Below are positions 1 through 13,499 of a stretch of 64,000 bases of DNA, piece by piece. How positions within the stretch are numbered: the first letter of the stretch is position 1; each line of letters begins with the position of its first letter. The DNA comes from Nageia nagi (lineage: Eukaryota > Plantae > Pinophyta), in contig JBITNC010000001.1 of assembly GCA_050084985.1 (NCBI GenBank), positions 163,246,001-163,310,000 on the forward strand, in the 5' to 3' direction. A program made the translations under genes and the position numbers. Below the pieces are notes generated by a model, which was given only the letters and a program-made list of their open reading frames with translations, had not been told where the DNA came from and ran no database searches.

Positions 1-1981
1 AGCTAAAAGAGAAGATCATAGTAGCCATGCATGACATTCCAATGGTTGGTCATCCTGGTTTCTTTAAGACCTACAAACAAGTTCGTGACAAATTTGTGTG
101 GAAGGGACTAAAAGATGACATTCTGAAACATGTGAGAGAATGTGTAGCTTGCCAAGAGAACAAGATAGACACCTCACTTCCTGCTTGTCTACTTCAACCT
201 TTACCAATCCCAAGTAAAAAATGAAAGGTTACCTCCATGGATTTCATCACTAAAGTATCTAAGGTGATGGGTAAGGATTGTATCAATGTGGTAGTGTATA
301 GGTTGACAAAATTTGCACACTTTTTTGCCATTTCTACTACATGTACATCTATACAGTTGGCTGATTTATTTTTTAGAGAAGTTTTCAAATTGCATGGGTT
401 GCCTAAGACCATTGTAAGTGATAGGGACAGCAAGTTTATGAGTCATTTTTGGCAAGAATTATTTAGATTATGTGGTATTGTTTTGACTCCTAGTACTTCT
501 TGTCATTCTCAAACTGATGGGCAAAGTGAAATTGTAAACAAATGGATTGAAGGCTACCTTCGACACTATGTTATAGGGAAACAAAAGTCATGGGTGAAAT
601 GGTTGTATTTGGGAGAGTTTTGCTACAATTCCACATATCACATGTCCATCAAGATGACTCATTTTCAAGCCTTGTATGGTTATAACTCTCCTAACATTGC
701 TGATTTGTTGCTGAATGATAGCAGGGTTCCAAGTGCACATGATTTTGTGGAGGAGAATTAAAAATTTTTGCAAGCACTCAAAGATAACATTCAGATTGCA
801 CAAAACCAGCAAAAGAAATATGCTGATCAGCAGTGTATAGAGCACATATTTGAAGTGGGAGACATGGTGTATGTGAGGCTTGAGCCATATAGATAGTCTA
901 CAATGAAAAAAAGTGGTGCTGAAAAGCTGAAACCACGATTTTATGGGCCTTACAAGGTAGTAAGGAAGGTGGGTGAAGTTGCCTATGAGCTGGAACTTCC
1001 AACAGTAGCAAAATGCACAATGTTTTTCATGTTTCATGTCTCAAAAAGGCACTTGGGCAACAAGTAATACCCTCTTGTGAGCTTCCACCTTTGGATGATG
1101 AAGGGAAGCTACTGTTGGAACTTGAAATGGTGATGAAAACAAGAGAAAGAAGGCTGCGAACTAAGACCATCAATGAGTACCTCATCAAGCGGAAAGACTT
1201 GCCTTTTGAAGATGCTACTTGGGAAGGAGAAGAAATTCTCTCTCATCCAGCCCTGAATTGCTTGGGGACAAGCAATTTTATAGGGGGAGACTTGTAATGT
1301 CCCCATTTTTCTATTTTATTTTTGGCATTGTAATCCCATTTAAAATGTTTGAATTTATTTATGTGTAATAAGGGTGATATGGCACCCCATTTGTGCTAGG
1401 AATATAATGTTTTAATGTTATAACTTAAGTGAGTTACTTAAGTTATGGTGGGCCCAATTCAACATCAAAATAGAACTTGTCTATAAAGGTATGTTGAGTG
1501 CCCACGTTAGGGTTAGCTTATCATTTTGTTATTACAATTTTATGTTGTGGGCTGTTCCCCAACTCCACCATTGAGAAAGCTAGGAGATGTGCCCTAGTTT
1601 CTTGTGGTTTTCAGCTATATTAGCTAGGTGATGTGCCCTAGTGTATGGTTGTAGAGGTTAATTCATTTCAGAATACATATTGGTGCTCAAATCTGTATTT
1701 TCTTTCAATATTGGTGATCAAGGAAGTGTGAAGCCTCATCTTGGGAGCTATTTTGTGCAGTCCCCTAATTTTTAGGGATTCACGAATTTTTTGGGGGGGG
1801 GGGGGTGTTTTAGGAAAAACAAATTGCAGATCTGGATACCCTTTTGGCTGTTTAGTTTGTTCCACCTTTCAGAAAAATAAATAAAAATTTCTATGGTGGT
1901 GTTTCTATCAATTTTGTTATTTTTGGTAAGTTTCTGAGTTATATTCTGAAAATTTTTAAAACTGTAAATTTAGGATCATCA
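1..1981 (+). mobile_element. 3' end of a Ty3/Gypsy chromovirus: decayed integrase + chromodomain, PPT and 3' LTR
   Basis: HHCC zinc finger (HDIPMVGHPG..C.AC), rve core (MDFI..IVSDRD..QTDGQSE), chromodomain (EYLIKRKDLPFEDATWEGE), PPT agggggaga 1282-1290, and LTR start TGTAATGTCCCC at 1293. The LTR end (ggatcatCA at 1981) is tentative. Confidence 0.88.
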
Positions 1982-2369
1982 TAGTATATAAAAACATTTT
2001 CTACTGCATGTTTCTATCCCTATCTCTTCTCACTTGTTTATCTAATTCTATAGCAAAGTTTAGCTTATAGGTCTTTGTGCATTTTGAAATTGGAGGAAAA
2101 CTTGCAATCAACGTGGATGGTAAAACACACTTTCTCTCCAAACTTTGCTCAAGAAGATCTCCCATCATTTGAACCAAGTACGTTTAAAACCTGTAATGAA
2201 GCCATCCTTGCATACTACAAATGGCTTTGCTATCATTTGGTTTCTTATACTATTTATTGCAACCATTCCCTTGAAACGATCACATACTACTCCAATCATT
2301 TGAACCAAGTATCGTAATGAATTATCCTTTACTTCCATAGACAAATTGGATTTAATTATCTCAATTATT

Positions 2370-2890
2370 TGAAGTTTATTACCATAAACTTATAATGTAC
2401 AATGCATTAACATTCACCATACAAACATCAATATATTATACAAAACGAAATTGGGACAAATTTGAAGATTTATTGTGGAAAACTTTATTGTCACATTTTG
2501 TCAAACAGTTTGCATTACAAGTCTGGGTGCAATCTATGAGTTACACCAATCTACACCACAATCCAACCCAAGAACAAGTCCAGATTGTTTATTTATACAT
2601 CTCGAAGCTTAACTGAAAGAAACAAAAAGAAAAACGACGAAGAAAGCAATTGAAAATGGCAAAAAACGACTTGACAATTCAGCTTTGACTGTTCTGAACT
2701 GCTAGATTGAAATGCGATCGCGTTTAAGGGAAAATGCGTCGGGTCAATGCTTTTAAAAAAACGTTGGTGTGTTTTGGAAATGCGATGGGGTTTTTGTGGG
2801 AATGCCCTGGGGAGCTATGTTTCATCAGAAAGGTTAAATTTTCCATTTTTGAGCTCGAATTCTAAAGTCTAATGAAGTGTACTTGCAACA
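2370..2890 (-). repeat. 3' LTR of Copia-1
   Basis: Direct repeat of 7310-7820. Confidence 0.93.
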
Positions 2891-5800
2891 AACTCCCCCT
2901 TGATGGTGATAGGGTTGACAATCAGATCTCTCAACATCAGAAACTGAGATGTAGCAACATGTTTTGTGAATATATCAGCAATCTGGTCCTTAGTATTGCA
3001 ATACCTTAGTTTGATCAAATTCTTCTTCACCATGTCTCTGATAAAATGATACTTGATATCAAAGTGTTTAGAATGTTCATGGTGGACTGGATTTTGTGCC
3101 AACTTAATGGCACTTTGGTTGTCACAAAAAAATGTAGTAGAATGTTCTTGCTTCTCACCAATCTCATCAAGAACTTTCCTAAGGCACAAGGCTTGTGCAC
3201 CATCTGAGGTCGATGCTATATATTCAGCCTCAGTAGAAGACAAAGCAACTGTAGATTGCTTCTTTGAACTCCAGGTAACCAACCTAGTACCAAGTGAGAA
3301 GTAGTTGCCAGTAGTGGACTTCCGGTCATCAAGATTACTCCCACAATCGCTGTCCCTAAAACCAACCAGCTTCAAATTATCAGTAGAGAAGTAATGAAGG
3401 CCATAATTTGCTGTACCACATACATACCTCAGCATTCTCTTGGCTGCTTTCAAGTGTAAGCAAGAAAGATTAGCCATGTACCTAGAACAAAGAGATATTG
3501 CATAACATATATCCAGCCTTGTATTACAAAGGAACATTAGACTCCCTACAATGCTCCTATACTCTGTTTTACATACTTTTTCAGCCCCATCATTTGAACA
3601 GAAAAGCTCTCCATGGGCAATTGGAGTAGCTGCAGGTTTGCATTCACTCATGCCAAACTTCTTCATCTCCCTACCATATTTGGCTTGGCAAAGAAATATT
3701 TCATCATGTGTTTGATGTACTTCCATGCTTAAGAAGTAACTCATCAAACCAAGATCAATCATATCAAATTCCTTTTTCATCTCAGCTTTAAAAGAATCAC
3801 ATAATGAAGAACTACTTCCCATAAACAACAAATCATCAACATACAAGCAAACAAGTAGAATATCAATACCTTGTTTCTTGTAATACAAAGTGTGCTCACT
3901 CTTATTTCGCTGAAAGCAACACTTAAGAAAGTAGTCATTGATTCTTGTGTACCAAGCTCTTGGAGCTTGCTTCAGCCCATATAAGGCCTTCTTCAATCTA
4001 TAGACCTGATCCTCTTTGCCTTGAATCTCAAAACCTTGAGGTTGTGCCACATATACCTCTTCTTCAAGATAGCCATTAAGGAATGCACTCTTCACATCCA
4101 TGTGATGCACATTCCAATGCTTGAGGGCAGCCAATGAAAGCACCATCTGAATGGTCTCTTGACTTGCAACAAGAGCAAAAGTCTCCTCATAGTCTATGCC
4201 ATACTTTTGTGTGAACCCTTTTGCTACCAACCGTGCTTTATACCTTTCAATGGAACTATCACTATTCCTCTTGAGATCCATTTACATCCAACAAATTTTC
4301 TTTTTGTGGGCAGATCACATAACTCCCATGTGTCATTCTTGACAATGGAAGACATCTCCTCATTCATAGCCTTCATCCATACTTTGTTAGAACAAGCTTG
4401 TTCAAAACAAGAAGGCTTAAAATCATCAAGTTTAGTAACTTTAGAAGATTTAGAAACATGTGCATTGAAAGTAGTAGAAATAAGTGCATTGTTTACCATA
4501 TCACCTTTGGGCTCACCATTGTCTTCATCTCCCAACATTTGCAAGTTTTCAAGCCTTTACAATGTAGTATCAAGCTCCTTGTCAACCTTCTAGAGAAGTT
4601 TTGATCTAACATTTGGGAAGATGGATGATCTTTCAACAATCTTTTACCTTTCATTGACTGATTTACACACTCACTTGGTGATGGAGGTGAAGAAGAACCA
4701 TATTGTGGACTTGATGGTGCACTAGAAGACCCCATTTATGATGAGGAATCAAATCTGGGCTGAACTTGACTGTGTGAAACATGGCTGGGCTGAACACTTC
4801 CTTGATCATTTGAAGCAACTTCTTCAAACATACTATCATCAACAAACAACTTTTGGCATTTTTGAGACTTTCAACTTCCCCCTTAATCAAAAATGGCATC
4901 TCTGGACACCACAACATTGTGAGAAATTGGATTAAAAAATCTGTAAGCTTTGTAGTGTTCACTATAGCCAATAAAAATCCACCTCTCACTTTTAGCATCA
5001 AGCTTTTTTCTATGCTCATCACTTATATGAACATATGCTAGACAACCAAATACTTTGAAATGTTTCACACTTGGCTTCTTTCCAAGCCAACATTCATATG
5101 GAGTAATATTATCCAAACTCCTTGTATGACTCCTATTTAAAACATAAACAACAGTCCGTATAGCTTCAGCCCAATAAAAATTACTCAAACCTTTTGTGTG
5201 CATCATACACCTTGCCATCTTTACCAAAGTCCGGTTCTTTATTTCAGCGACCCCATTTTGTTGGGGTGTATATGGTGATGTTAATTGCCTCTTTATGCCG
5301 GAATCTCTACAAAACTTCAAGAAATCATTAGAGCAAAACTCACCACCACAATCAGTCCTTAAACACTTAATAGTATTCCCACTCTGATTCTCAACACTAG
5401 CTTTAAAAGCCATGAAGCACTCAAAAGCCTCATCTTTGTGTTTAAGAAAATACACCCAACAATATCTGGAAAAATCATCAATAAAGGTAAGAAAATAAGA
5501 AGCTTTACCCATACTTTGTGTTTGCATTGGTTCACAAAGATCACTATGAACCAGCTGTAGAAGAGATTGGGCCTTCCATGCTTTGTTATTTGGAAAATGC
5601 CCCCTTGCATGCTTTCCAAGAGCACACCCTTCACAAAGTTTTGTAGTATCTTGGACCTTTAACAAACCATACACAAGTGGAAATAAAAGCTTTAAACTCC
5701 GAAAATTCACATGGCCAAATTTCAGATGCGATAAAGTTGCATTATCATCAATGCTCACACAAGCAAAGCCTCCCCCTTAGTCAACAAACTTGATCGCAAA

Positions 5801-7188
5801 AAGTTTGTTTTTATTCATTTTTACTATAGTAACCAGCCTTCCACCTTTGTTTTTATCATATATTTTGCATATTTTATCTTCAAAAACCAACTTATAATTA
5901 TTTTCAAGCATTTGCCCAACACTTAAAAGAGAATGTTTTAAATCAGGAGCAAAATAGATACTTTTGACCTTCATAGTACCTCTTTTGGTAGGAATTGCCA
6001 TTTCTCCCTTTGCAATCACCTCCAATGTTTTCTCATTCCCAAGTTTGATACTGGAACTAGAGGAATGATCAAGAGATGAAAAAAGCTCCTTCTTTCCGAT
6101 CATTGGTTGGAACAACCACTATCAAGAACTCAAGTTTCACCATTGATGAAATCTTTCGGTTTGTCTTGTGAAAGAAGTGCTTTGCTTCCATGATTCTTCT
6201 CTTGGAAAATAGAAAGAAACAAGTAATCCTCTTCATAGGATTTTTCTTCTCCATAATTGGTTGATCTCCTATTGTTTTGAGAGGCTTGTTTCAGCCTACA
6301 CTCCCTCTCATAATGGCCATACTTGTTACAATGATAACATTGCACAGTCTTCTTGTCTCTTCCTCCACCTCTAGAACTAGATCCTCCTCTTGCACATGTG
6401 CTTGCACTTGCACTATTGGCTTGGTCACCATCAAGAATCTGATCTCTCCCTCTTCCTCTTCCAGAAGATCCTCTTCTTCCTCCTCTTCCATTTCGGCCTC
6501 TACCTTGACCTCCTCCGCTATTGCTTTCATTTTCCCTGGATGAGAATGCTTGTTCTTCACTTGCACCAATGTTGGATCTTCTCAAAAACCTCTCTTCATA
6601 AGATGTAAGAGAGCCAACTAACTGATCAAACTCCATGGTGGAAAGGCCTTTGGTCTCTTCAATAACAAGAGCCACATTATCCCATTTTGATTGTGAAGTC
6701 CTAAAGACTTTCTTAATGACCAAAGCTTTGTCCATATCATCACCAGGGGTGGCCATTTTGTTCACTATGGCCTTCACCCTTACACAATAATCACCCACAC
6801 TCTCATTTTCATGCTGTTTGAGATTCTTAGAATCTATCCTCAAGGTTTGAAGCTTGACCTTCTTCACTTTGACACTTCCTTGGTAGCCTTCTTTCAAAGC
6901 TTTTCATGCATCAAGAGCGGTTTTGTGGGCAAAGATTCGTGGGAATATGCTCTTATCAAGAGCAGCTTGGATATGAGACAAAGCCAAGAAGTTCTTCTTC
7001 TTCTTCTCCTTAGTCTCCTTTTTAGTGTTTTCACTTAGAACACTCCAATCATCAGGCTCTTTGTAGCCATCCTCTACAATGACCCATAAATCTTTTCCTT
7101 CAAAGAGAGTCATCATCATGATGTTCCAATATTCATAATCAGTTCCATCAAATTTAGGAATTGGTATTGAATTTGAGTTGCTTGCCAT
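2869..7188 (-). pseudogene. Copia-1 gag-pol (gag, CCHC knuckle, protease, integrase, RT, RNase H), frameshifted
   Basis: ORF pieces give [53 protein letters not shown] and DQIADIFTK. The RT-RNase H segment 2869-4281 is still open. Confidence 0.93.
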
Positions 7189-7309
7189 TACAACAAATCT
7201 TCAACACAACTTGGATTTGCAAAAAATTCTTTCAAAACTTTTGGACAACACCCACAGTTTTCAAACTCAACAAAAACTTAATTCTTGATCTTCAAGCTTT
7301 GATACCAAA

Positions 7310-7820
7310 TGAAGTTTATTACCATAAACTTATAATGTACAATGCATTAACATTCACCATACAAACATCAATACATTATACAAAACAAAATTGGGACAAA
7401 TCTGAAGATTTATTATGGAAAACTTTACTGTGACATTTTGTCAAATAGTTTGCATTACAAATCTGAGTGCGATCTATGAGTTACACCAATATACACAACA
7501 AATCCAACCCAAGAACAAGTCCAAATTGTTTATTTATACATCCCGAAGCTTAACTGAAAGAAAAACATGAAGAAAGCAACTGAAAAGGGCAAAAAACGAC
7601 TTAACAGTTTGCCCTTAATTGTTTTGAACTACTAGACTAAAACACAGTCGTGTTTTAGGGAAAACGCGTTGGGTCAACGCATTTTAGAAAACTCGGGCAC
7701 TTTTTGGAAACGCGACGGCGTTTTTGTAGGAAATGCCTTGGGGGCTGCGTTTCATCAGAAAGGTTAAATTTTCCATTTTTGAGCTCGAATTCTGAAGTCT
7801 AATGAAGTGTACTTGCAACA
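7310..7820 (-). repeat. 5' LTR of Copia-1
   Basis: Direct repeat of 2370-2890, adjacent to the PBS. Confidence 0.93.
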
Positions 7821-7866
7821 TTATTTCTATTTGTTTAATCTTCGACTCACTCAATTCGGTTTGAAC

Positions 7867-8183
7867 ATCACTTTGGCCTTCGACTCTATTGACAATACTT
7901 TCTTCTCCTTAGCATAACAAGTGTAATAAAAATCAATTTACAAACACATAAAACTTAAAAAATCATAAAAGAAAGGTAATTGAAACTTACAACAAGTGGA
8001 TTCCCATCATTTGAGTTCTGGTACCATCACTTTGGCCTTTTACTCTTTTAATGATACTTTCTTCTCCATAGCATAACAAGTGTAAAAGAAATTAATTTAC
8101 AAACACATAAAACTCTAAAAATCATAAAATTAAGGTAATTGAATTTTACAAGAAGTGGATTCTCATCAATTGAGTTCTTGGTA
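7867..8183. repeat. Two-copy ~157-bp tandem duplication
   Basis: catcactttggcctt...gagttct(t)ggtac occurs twice, starting at ~7867 and ~8024. Confidence 0.8.
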
Positions 8184-8361
8184 CTTACATTCTACCACCA
8201 TTTCTGCTATTAAGCATATGAATTGCAAACGTAAGAACAATCAATTAAGAAACATAAAAAACTTATAAAATCAGCTAATTAAGGTATTTAAAACAAAGAA
8301 TGTGAAGAAAACATAGAAAACCTCTTGTTTTGGTTGAAAGTGGTTATTATTGCCAATACCC

Positions 8362-11300
8362 TGTTGGAGATTTAAGTTTTACAAATTCGTTAGAATAAAA
8401 TGCAGCCACATTTCATCTGTCTGTGGAAACGTTGCCGCATTTCTGAAAACGTTTCCATGTTTTTGCTACCCTCCATGTTTCTAAAAACGCCCCCGCGTTT
8501 TGTCAGAGCTTTTGAAAGTTACGAGCATCTAAGATGTTTTCATCCGTTTTTCTTAATTGCATGATGTTGTAAGGTTTGTTACTTTGTAGGGATGATGGAG
8601 AGTGTCTCAAAACATGTTTGTAACTCCCATTTAGCTAGTTTTGATAAGATTTGAGTGGATTTGTGTAACAGTCCATAGCATTCATTTTTGGTCCATTTTG
8701 TAACCTCCATGAGCTCAGATCAGTTACTCATTGAGGTCCTATATATTGTACTTTGAATTTGCTAAATGAATTAGCTTGTTGTGTGCTTAGTTCTTTCTTA
8801 TTCTCTTGTATTGGCATCAAAGCTAGTTGATCTTAGTTGGGTTTGAAGAGGCTATGGGTACTTTGCAACAACTTAGCAAGTTTTTGCAAAAAGTGATCCA
8901 AATAGGTCTGTAGTGTGTGCTGACTCTGTAGTGAATTCTCATTCCATACCAGAGTTCAATGGGGAGGATTATGAATGTTGGGCATTGAAAATGAAGCATT
9001 TGCTCATAGGCAAGGGAATATGGGACATCATTGAGGATGGCTATGTGGAACCAAATTGGGCCACACTTCCTCAAGTTGATAGGCTTGCTAAAAGAGAGGC
9101 CCAATAGAAGAATTTCTTTGCTATCTACAATATCTAATCAGCCTTGGACAAGAGGTTGTTCCCAAGGATTGTTAGTTGCAATATAGCAAAGGATGCATGA
9201 AAGGTCTTGAGAGATGGGTTCCAAGGTAATGACCAAGTGAAGCAAGTGAGGCTTCAAACTTTGAAAACAGTTTTTGAAAATCTGAAGCAAAAAGAGGATG
9301 AGAAGGTTGGAGAGTATTGTGTAAGAGTGAAGACTTGTGTCCAAATGATGGAGACACTTGGAGAGGAGATCAAAAATCCTGTTGTAGTGAAGAAAGTGTT
9401 GAGAACACTTCTTTCCAAATGGAGCCAAACCACTATCATGTTTGAAGAGACCAAAGATCCGAGCACTCTCACTCTTGATCAGCTCATTGGTTCTTTGATG
9501 TCACATGAAGAAAGGCTTGCTCCACTTTCCAATGTTGGGAGTGTGGAAGAGAAGGCCTTCACTTCTAAAGAAGTTGACACTAGCACTAGTGGTCAAGGGG
9601 GAGCTCAAGGTAGAGGAAGAGGTAGATCTTCTAGAGGAAGAGGAAAAGGAAGGAGAGGTGGCTTCCAAGGTAGAGGAGGATTCTAAGGAAGAGGTAGAGG
9701 GGATTCTCCAAGAGGTGACAAAAGAGACAAGCAATGTTACTATTGTAACAAGTATGGACACTATGAGAGAGAATGTAGATTGAAGGCTTCTCAAGAAGGA
9801 TCCCAAAGTGCCAACTATGGTGAGGAGGATGGACCCTCCATTTTGCTCTTGTCTTATGTCCACTCAGCCCAAAAGCAAGATGACACATGGATTCTTGACA
9901 CCGGTTGCCCCAACCACATGACCGGCAAGGGAGATTTGTTTTGTGCCATGGATGATGCCTACAAGTCCAAGATCACACTTGGAGATGACAAAGCCATTTA
10001 AGTTGAAGGCATGGGAGCTATGGAGGGATCTACAAATGAAGGTAATAAGAGGGTCAATGATGTATATTTCATTCCAAAGTTGAAATATAATTTGTTGAGT
10101 GTGGGGCAAATAATGGAAAAAAACTACAAGCTTGTGTTTGAGGATAGAAAATGTATGATTTTTGATAAAAGCAAAGGGTATAAGCATGTCACCACTATTC
10201 CCATGACAAGGAATAGATTGTTTCCTCTTAGATTTGGTGAGTGAAACTCCAATTTTGCTAATGTTGCTATTGATGATAAGAGTTGGCTTTGGCATTTGAG
10301 ATATGGGCATCTCAACTTTGCAAGTTTGAGAAGTTTGGTCTACAATGAGATGGTGTATTGGCTGCCCAAAGTCCAAGAGCATAAAGAAGTGTGTGCCGGA
10401 TGTGCTATGGGCAAGCATTCAAGATCAAGCTTCCCAAAAGGTCAAACATGGAGAGCCTCTTACCCCTCCAATTGGTGCATAGTGACATATGTGGGCCAAT
10501 GCAAACTTCAAGTATTGGTAAAAGTCTTTATTTCCTTACTTTCATTGATGATTGTACAAGAATGTGTTGGATTTACTCTCTTAAGCACAAGGATGAAGCT
10601 TTTGCATACTTTAAAGAGTTCAAGAACAATGTTGAAAAGCAAAGTGGCTATTATTTGAAATGTTTAAGAACAGATAGAGGGGGGGAGTTTTGTAGTAATG
10701 AAATCTTGCAATATTGTAAAGATTGTCGTGTGAGAAGGCAACTCACTGCTGCCTACACTCCACAACAAAATGGTGTAGTTGAACGTAAGAACAAAACTTT
10801 GGCTAATATGGCAAGAAGCATGCTCCAAACTAAAGGTTTAAGCAATAGTTATTGGGCTGAAGCTATGAGGACAGCAGTGTATATTTTAAATAGATGTCCA
10901 ACCTCTAGTTTGGATGGCATAACTCCTTTTGAGGCATGGTATGATAAAAGACAAAATATGAATCATTTTGGATTGTTTGGTTGCTTGGGTTATGTGCACG
11001 TTCCAAAGGAGCATAGACAAAAATTAGATCCAAAGAGTGAGCCTTGCATATTTATTGGTTATTGTGAAACAAGTAAAGCATATAGATTGTACAATCCCAA
11101 AATTCACAAAGTTGTTGTTTCAAGAGATGTTATTTTTGATGAGGGGAGAGCATGGGGTCATCAAAAACAACTTATTGATGTGGATCCTTTGATGGAAGCT
11201 CTTCCAATGTGCAATCTATTGTTCAGCCCAGCCAACAAAATGTACAGCCCAAAGCTTCAAACAGTCCACAAAAGCCCACACAAGTGCAGCCCAAAGATGT

Positions 11301-13488
11301 TCAAAGTGATGGTGATGCATCTCCAAACAAGAATGATAAAGTAAGAGGTAATAGAACACTTGCAAGTCATTCTCCTTCTCAAATGTTAGATCAGAATTTT
11401 TCAAAGAGAGTTACAAGAGAACAAGCAAGAGAAGTAGATCAAGTAATTAAAAGGCTTGAAAATCTCTATTTGGATAGTGATGAGTTGGATGGTGAACCAA
11501 AGGTGAGTTAGCTAGTTTTGCATTGGTAGCTAGTGCTGATTTAGAACCTTCTTGTTATGAAAATGCATGTACTAATGATGTTTGGATGAAGGCCATGGAA
11601 GAGGAGACGCACTCCATTGAGAAAAATGATACATGGGAGCTAGTTGAGCTTCCAAGAGGGAAAAGGTTGCAGGCTCTAAATGGGTCTATAAAACAAAGTT
11701 GAATGCTGATGGCACCATTGAGAGGCATAAGGGTAGACTTGTGGCCAAAGGCTTCACTCAGAGATACATCATAGACTACGAGGAGACCTTTGCTCCTGTT
11801 GCTAGGCAAGAAACCATCAAAATGGTTCTCTCCATTGCTGCTAACAAAGGCTAGAAGGTATACCAATTGTATTTCAAGAGTGTATTCTTGAATGGATACC
11901 TTGATGAAGAGGTATTTGTTGCTTAGACCCAAGGTTTTGAAAAGCAAGGTAAAGAGCATCATGCTTACAGGTTGAACAAGGCCTTGTATGCCCTCAAGCA
12001 AGCCCCACGGGCTTGGTACTCATAGATAGATGGGTATTTCCAGAATTTTGGGTCCACAAGAAGTAAAAGTGAACCAACTTTATATTATAATCATGATGGT
12101 TCTGATGTTTTGTTGATTTGCCTTTATGTTGATGATCTTATTTACATGGGTAGCAATTCTAGATTGAATGATGCTTTCAAAAAGTCCATGATACAAGAAT
12201 TTGAAATGAAGAATCTTGGTCTTATGCACTATTTTCTTGGTTTGGAGGTATATCAAGATGATAAAGAAATTTTCATTTCTCAAACCAAGTCTGCTACTGA
12301 TTTGTTGCATAAGTTTGGCATGGATGATTGTATAGCTGTTATTACTCCCATTGTTCATGGAGAACACTTAAGTAAAGATGATGGGGCTGCTGAAGTTGAT
12401 GTGCATAATGACAGAAGCATAGTTGAGAGCTTGATGTTCTTAACAAATTCCCTGTCTGATATTTGTCATGCTGTTTCACTTGTGTCTAGGTACAAGAGTG
12501 CTCCTTTAGAGATTCATTTAAAGGCAGCCAAGATAATTCTCAGATATGTAAAAGGCACTCTGAATTTTGGCATACATTACCTCAAAAATAAGCATGTAAA
12601 ACTTGTTGGATATAGTGATAGTGATTGGGGTAATAACATAGATGATAGAAAATCAACTTCTGGCAATTGTTTCAACCTTGGTTTTGGTCTTGTTACATGT
12701 TCTTCTAGAAAACAAATAACAATTGCTTTATCCTTCACTGAGGCTGAATACATTGCCATTACCAATGCCAGTACACAAGTTTTGTGCAACCACTATGTTC
12801 TTTGATAACCAGAGTGTTATTCAGCTGGCCAAGAATCCTGTGCATCATTCCAGATCAAAACACTTTGATATGAAATACCATTTCATCCTGGACATGGTTG
12901 AGAACAAGATTGTCAATTTGCATTATTGCCAGATAGAGGAAAATCTGGTTGACTTGTTCACCAAGGGCATTGCTACATGTCAGTTTGTAAAGCTGAGAGA
13001 CTACTTGGTTAGCCCTCTCATCTTTAAGGGGGAGTATGTTGGAGATTTAAGTTTTGCAAATTCATCAGAATGAAACGCAACCATGTTTCATCTGTCTGTG
13101 GAAATGCTATTGCATTTTTGAAAATGCCCCTACGTTTTTGCTACCCTTTGTGTTCCTGAAAATGCCCTCATGGTTCTGGAGACATACCACGTTTCGTCAG
13201 AGTTTTTGATAGTTACGAGTATTTAAGATGTTTTCATTCGTTTTTCTTCCTTGCACGATGTTGTAAGGTTGGTTACTTCGTAGGGATGATGAGAGAGTGT
13301 CTCAGAACATGTTTGTAACTCCCATTTAGCTATTTTTGATCAGATTTGAGTGGATTTGTGTAACAGTCCATAGCATTCATTTTTGGTCCATGAGCTCAGA
13401 TCAGTTACTCATTGAGGTCCTATATATTGTACTTTGAATTTGCTAATTGAATTAGCTGTTGTGTTCTTAATTCTTTCTTATTCTCTCA
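8362..13488 (+). mobile_element. Full-length Ty1/Copia LTR retrotransposon (Copia-2)
   Basis: LTRs ~8362-8810 and 13037-~13488 (both begin TGTTGGAGATTTAAG), PBS tggcatcaaagc 8812-8823, PPT aagggggag 13026-34, and TSD taccc/caccc (4 of 5 match). The right end is uncertain by 2 bp. Confidence 0.94.
8913..13073 (+). pseudogene. Copia-2 gag-pol, multiple stops and frameshifts
   Basis: IPEFNGEDYECW, WILDTGCPNHM (protease), LVHSDICGPM..TPQQNGVVE (integrase), LYVDDL (RT), YSDSDW and ENLVDLFTK (RNase H). Confidence 0.92.
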
Positions 13489-13499
13489 CACCCTTAATA

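Larger units (their letters stand above)
2370..7820 (-). mobile_element. Full-length Ty1/Copia LTR retrotransposon (Copia-1)
   Basis: Direct-repeat LTRs 2370-2890 and 7310-7820 (TG..CA), perfect TSD ttatt (2365-69 / 7821-25), tRNA-iMet PBS (rc of tggtatcaaagc) 7296-7307, and PPT at 2891-2901. Confidence 0.96.
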
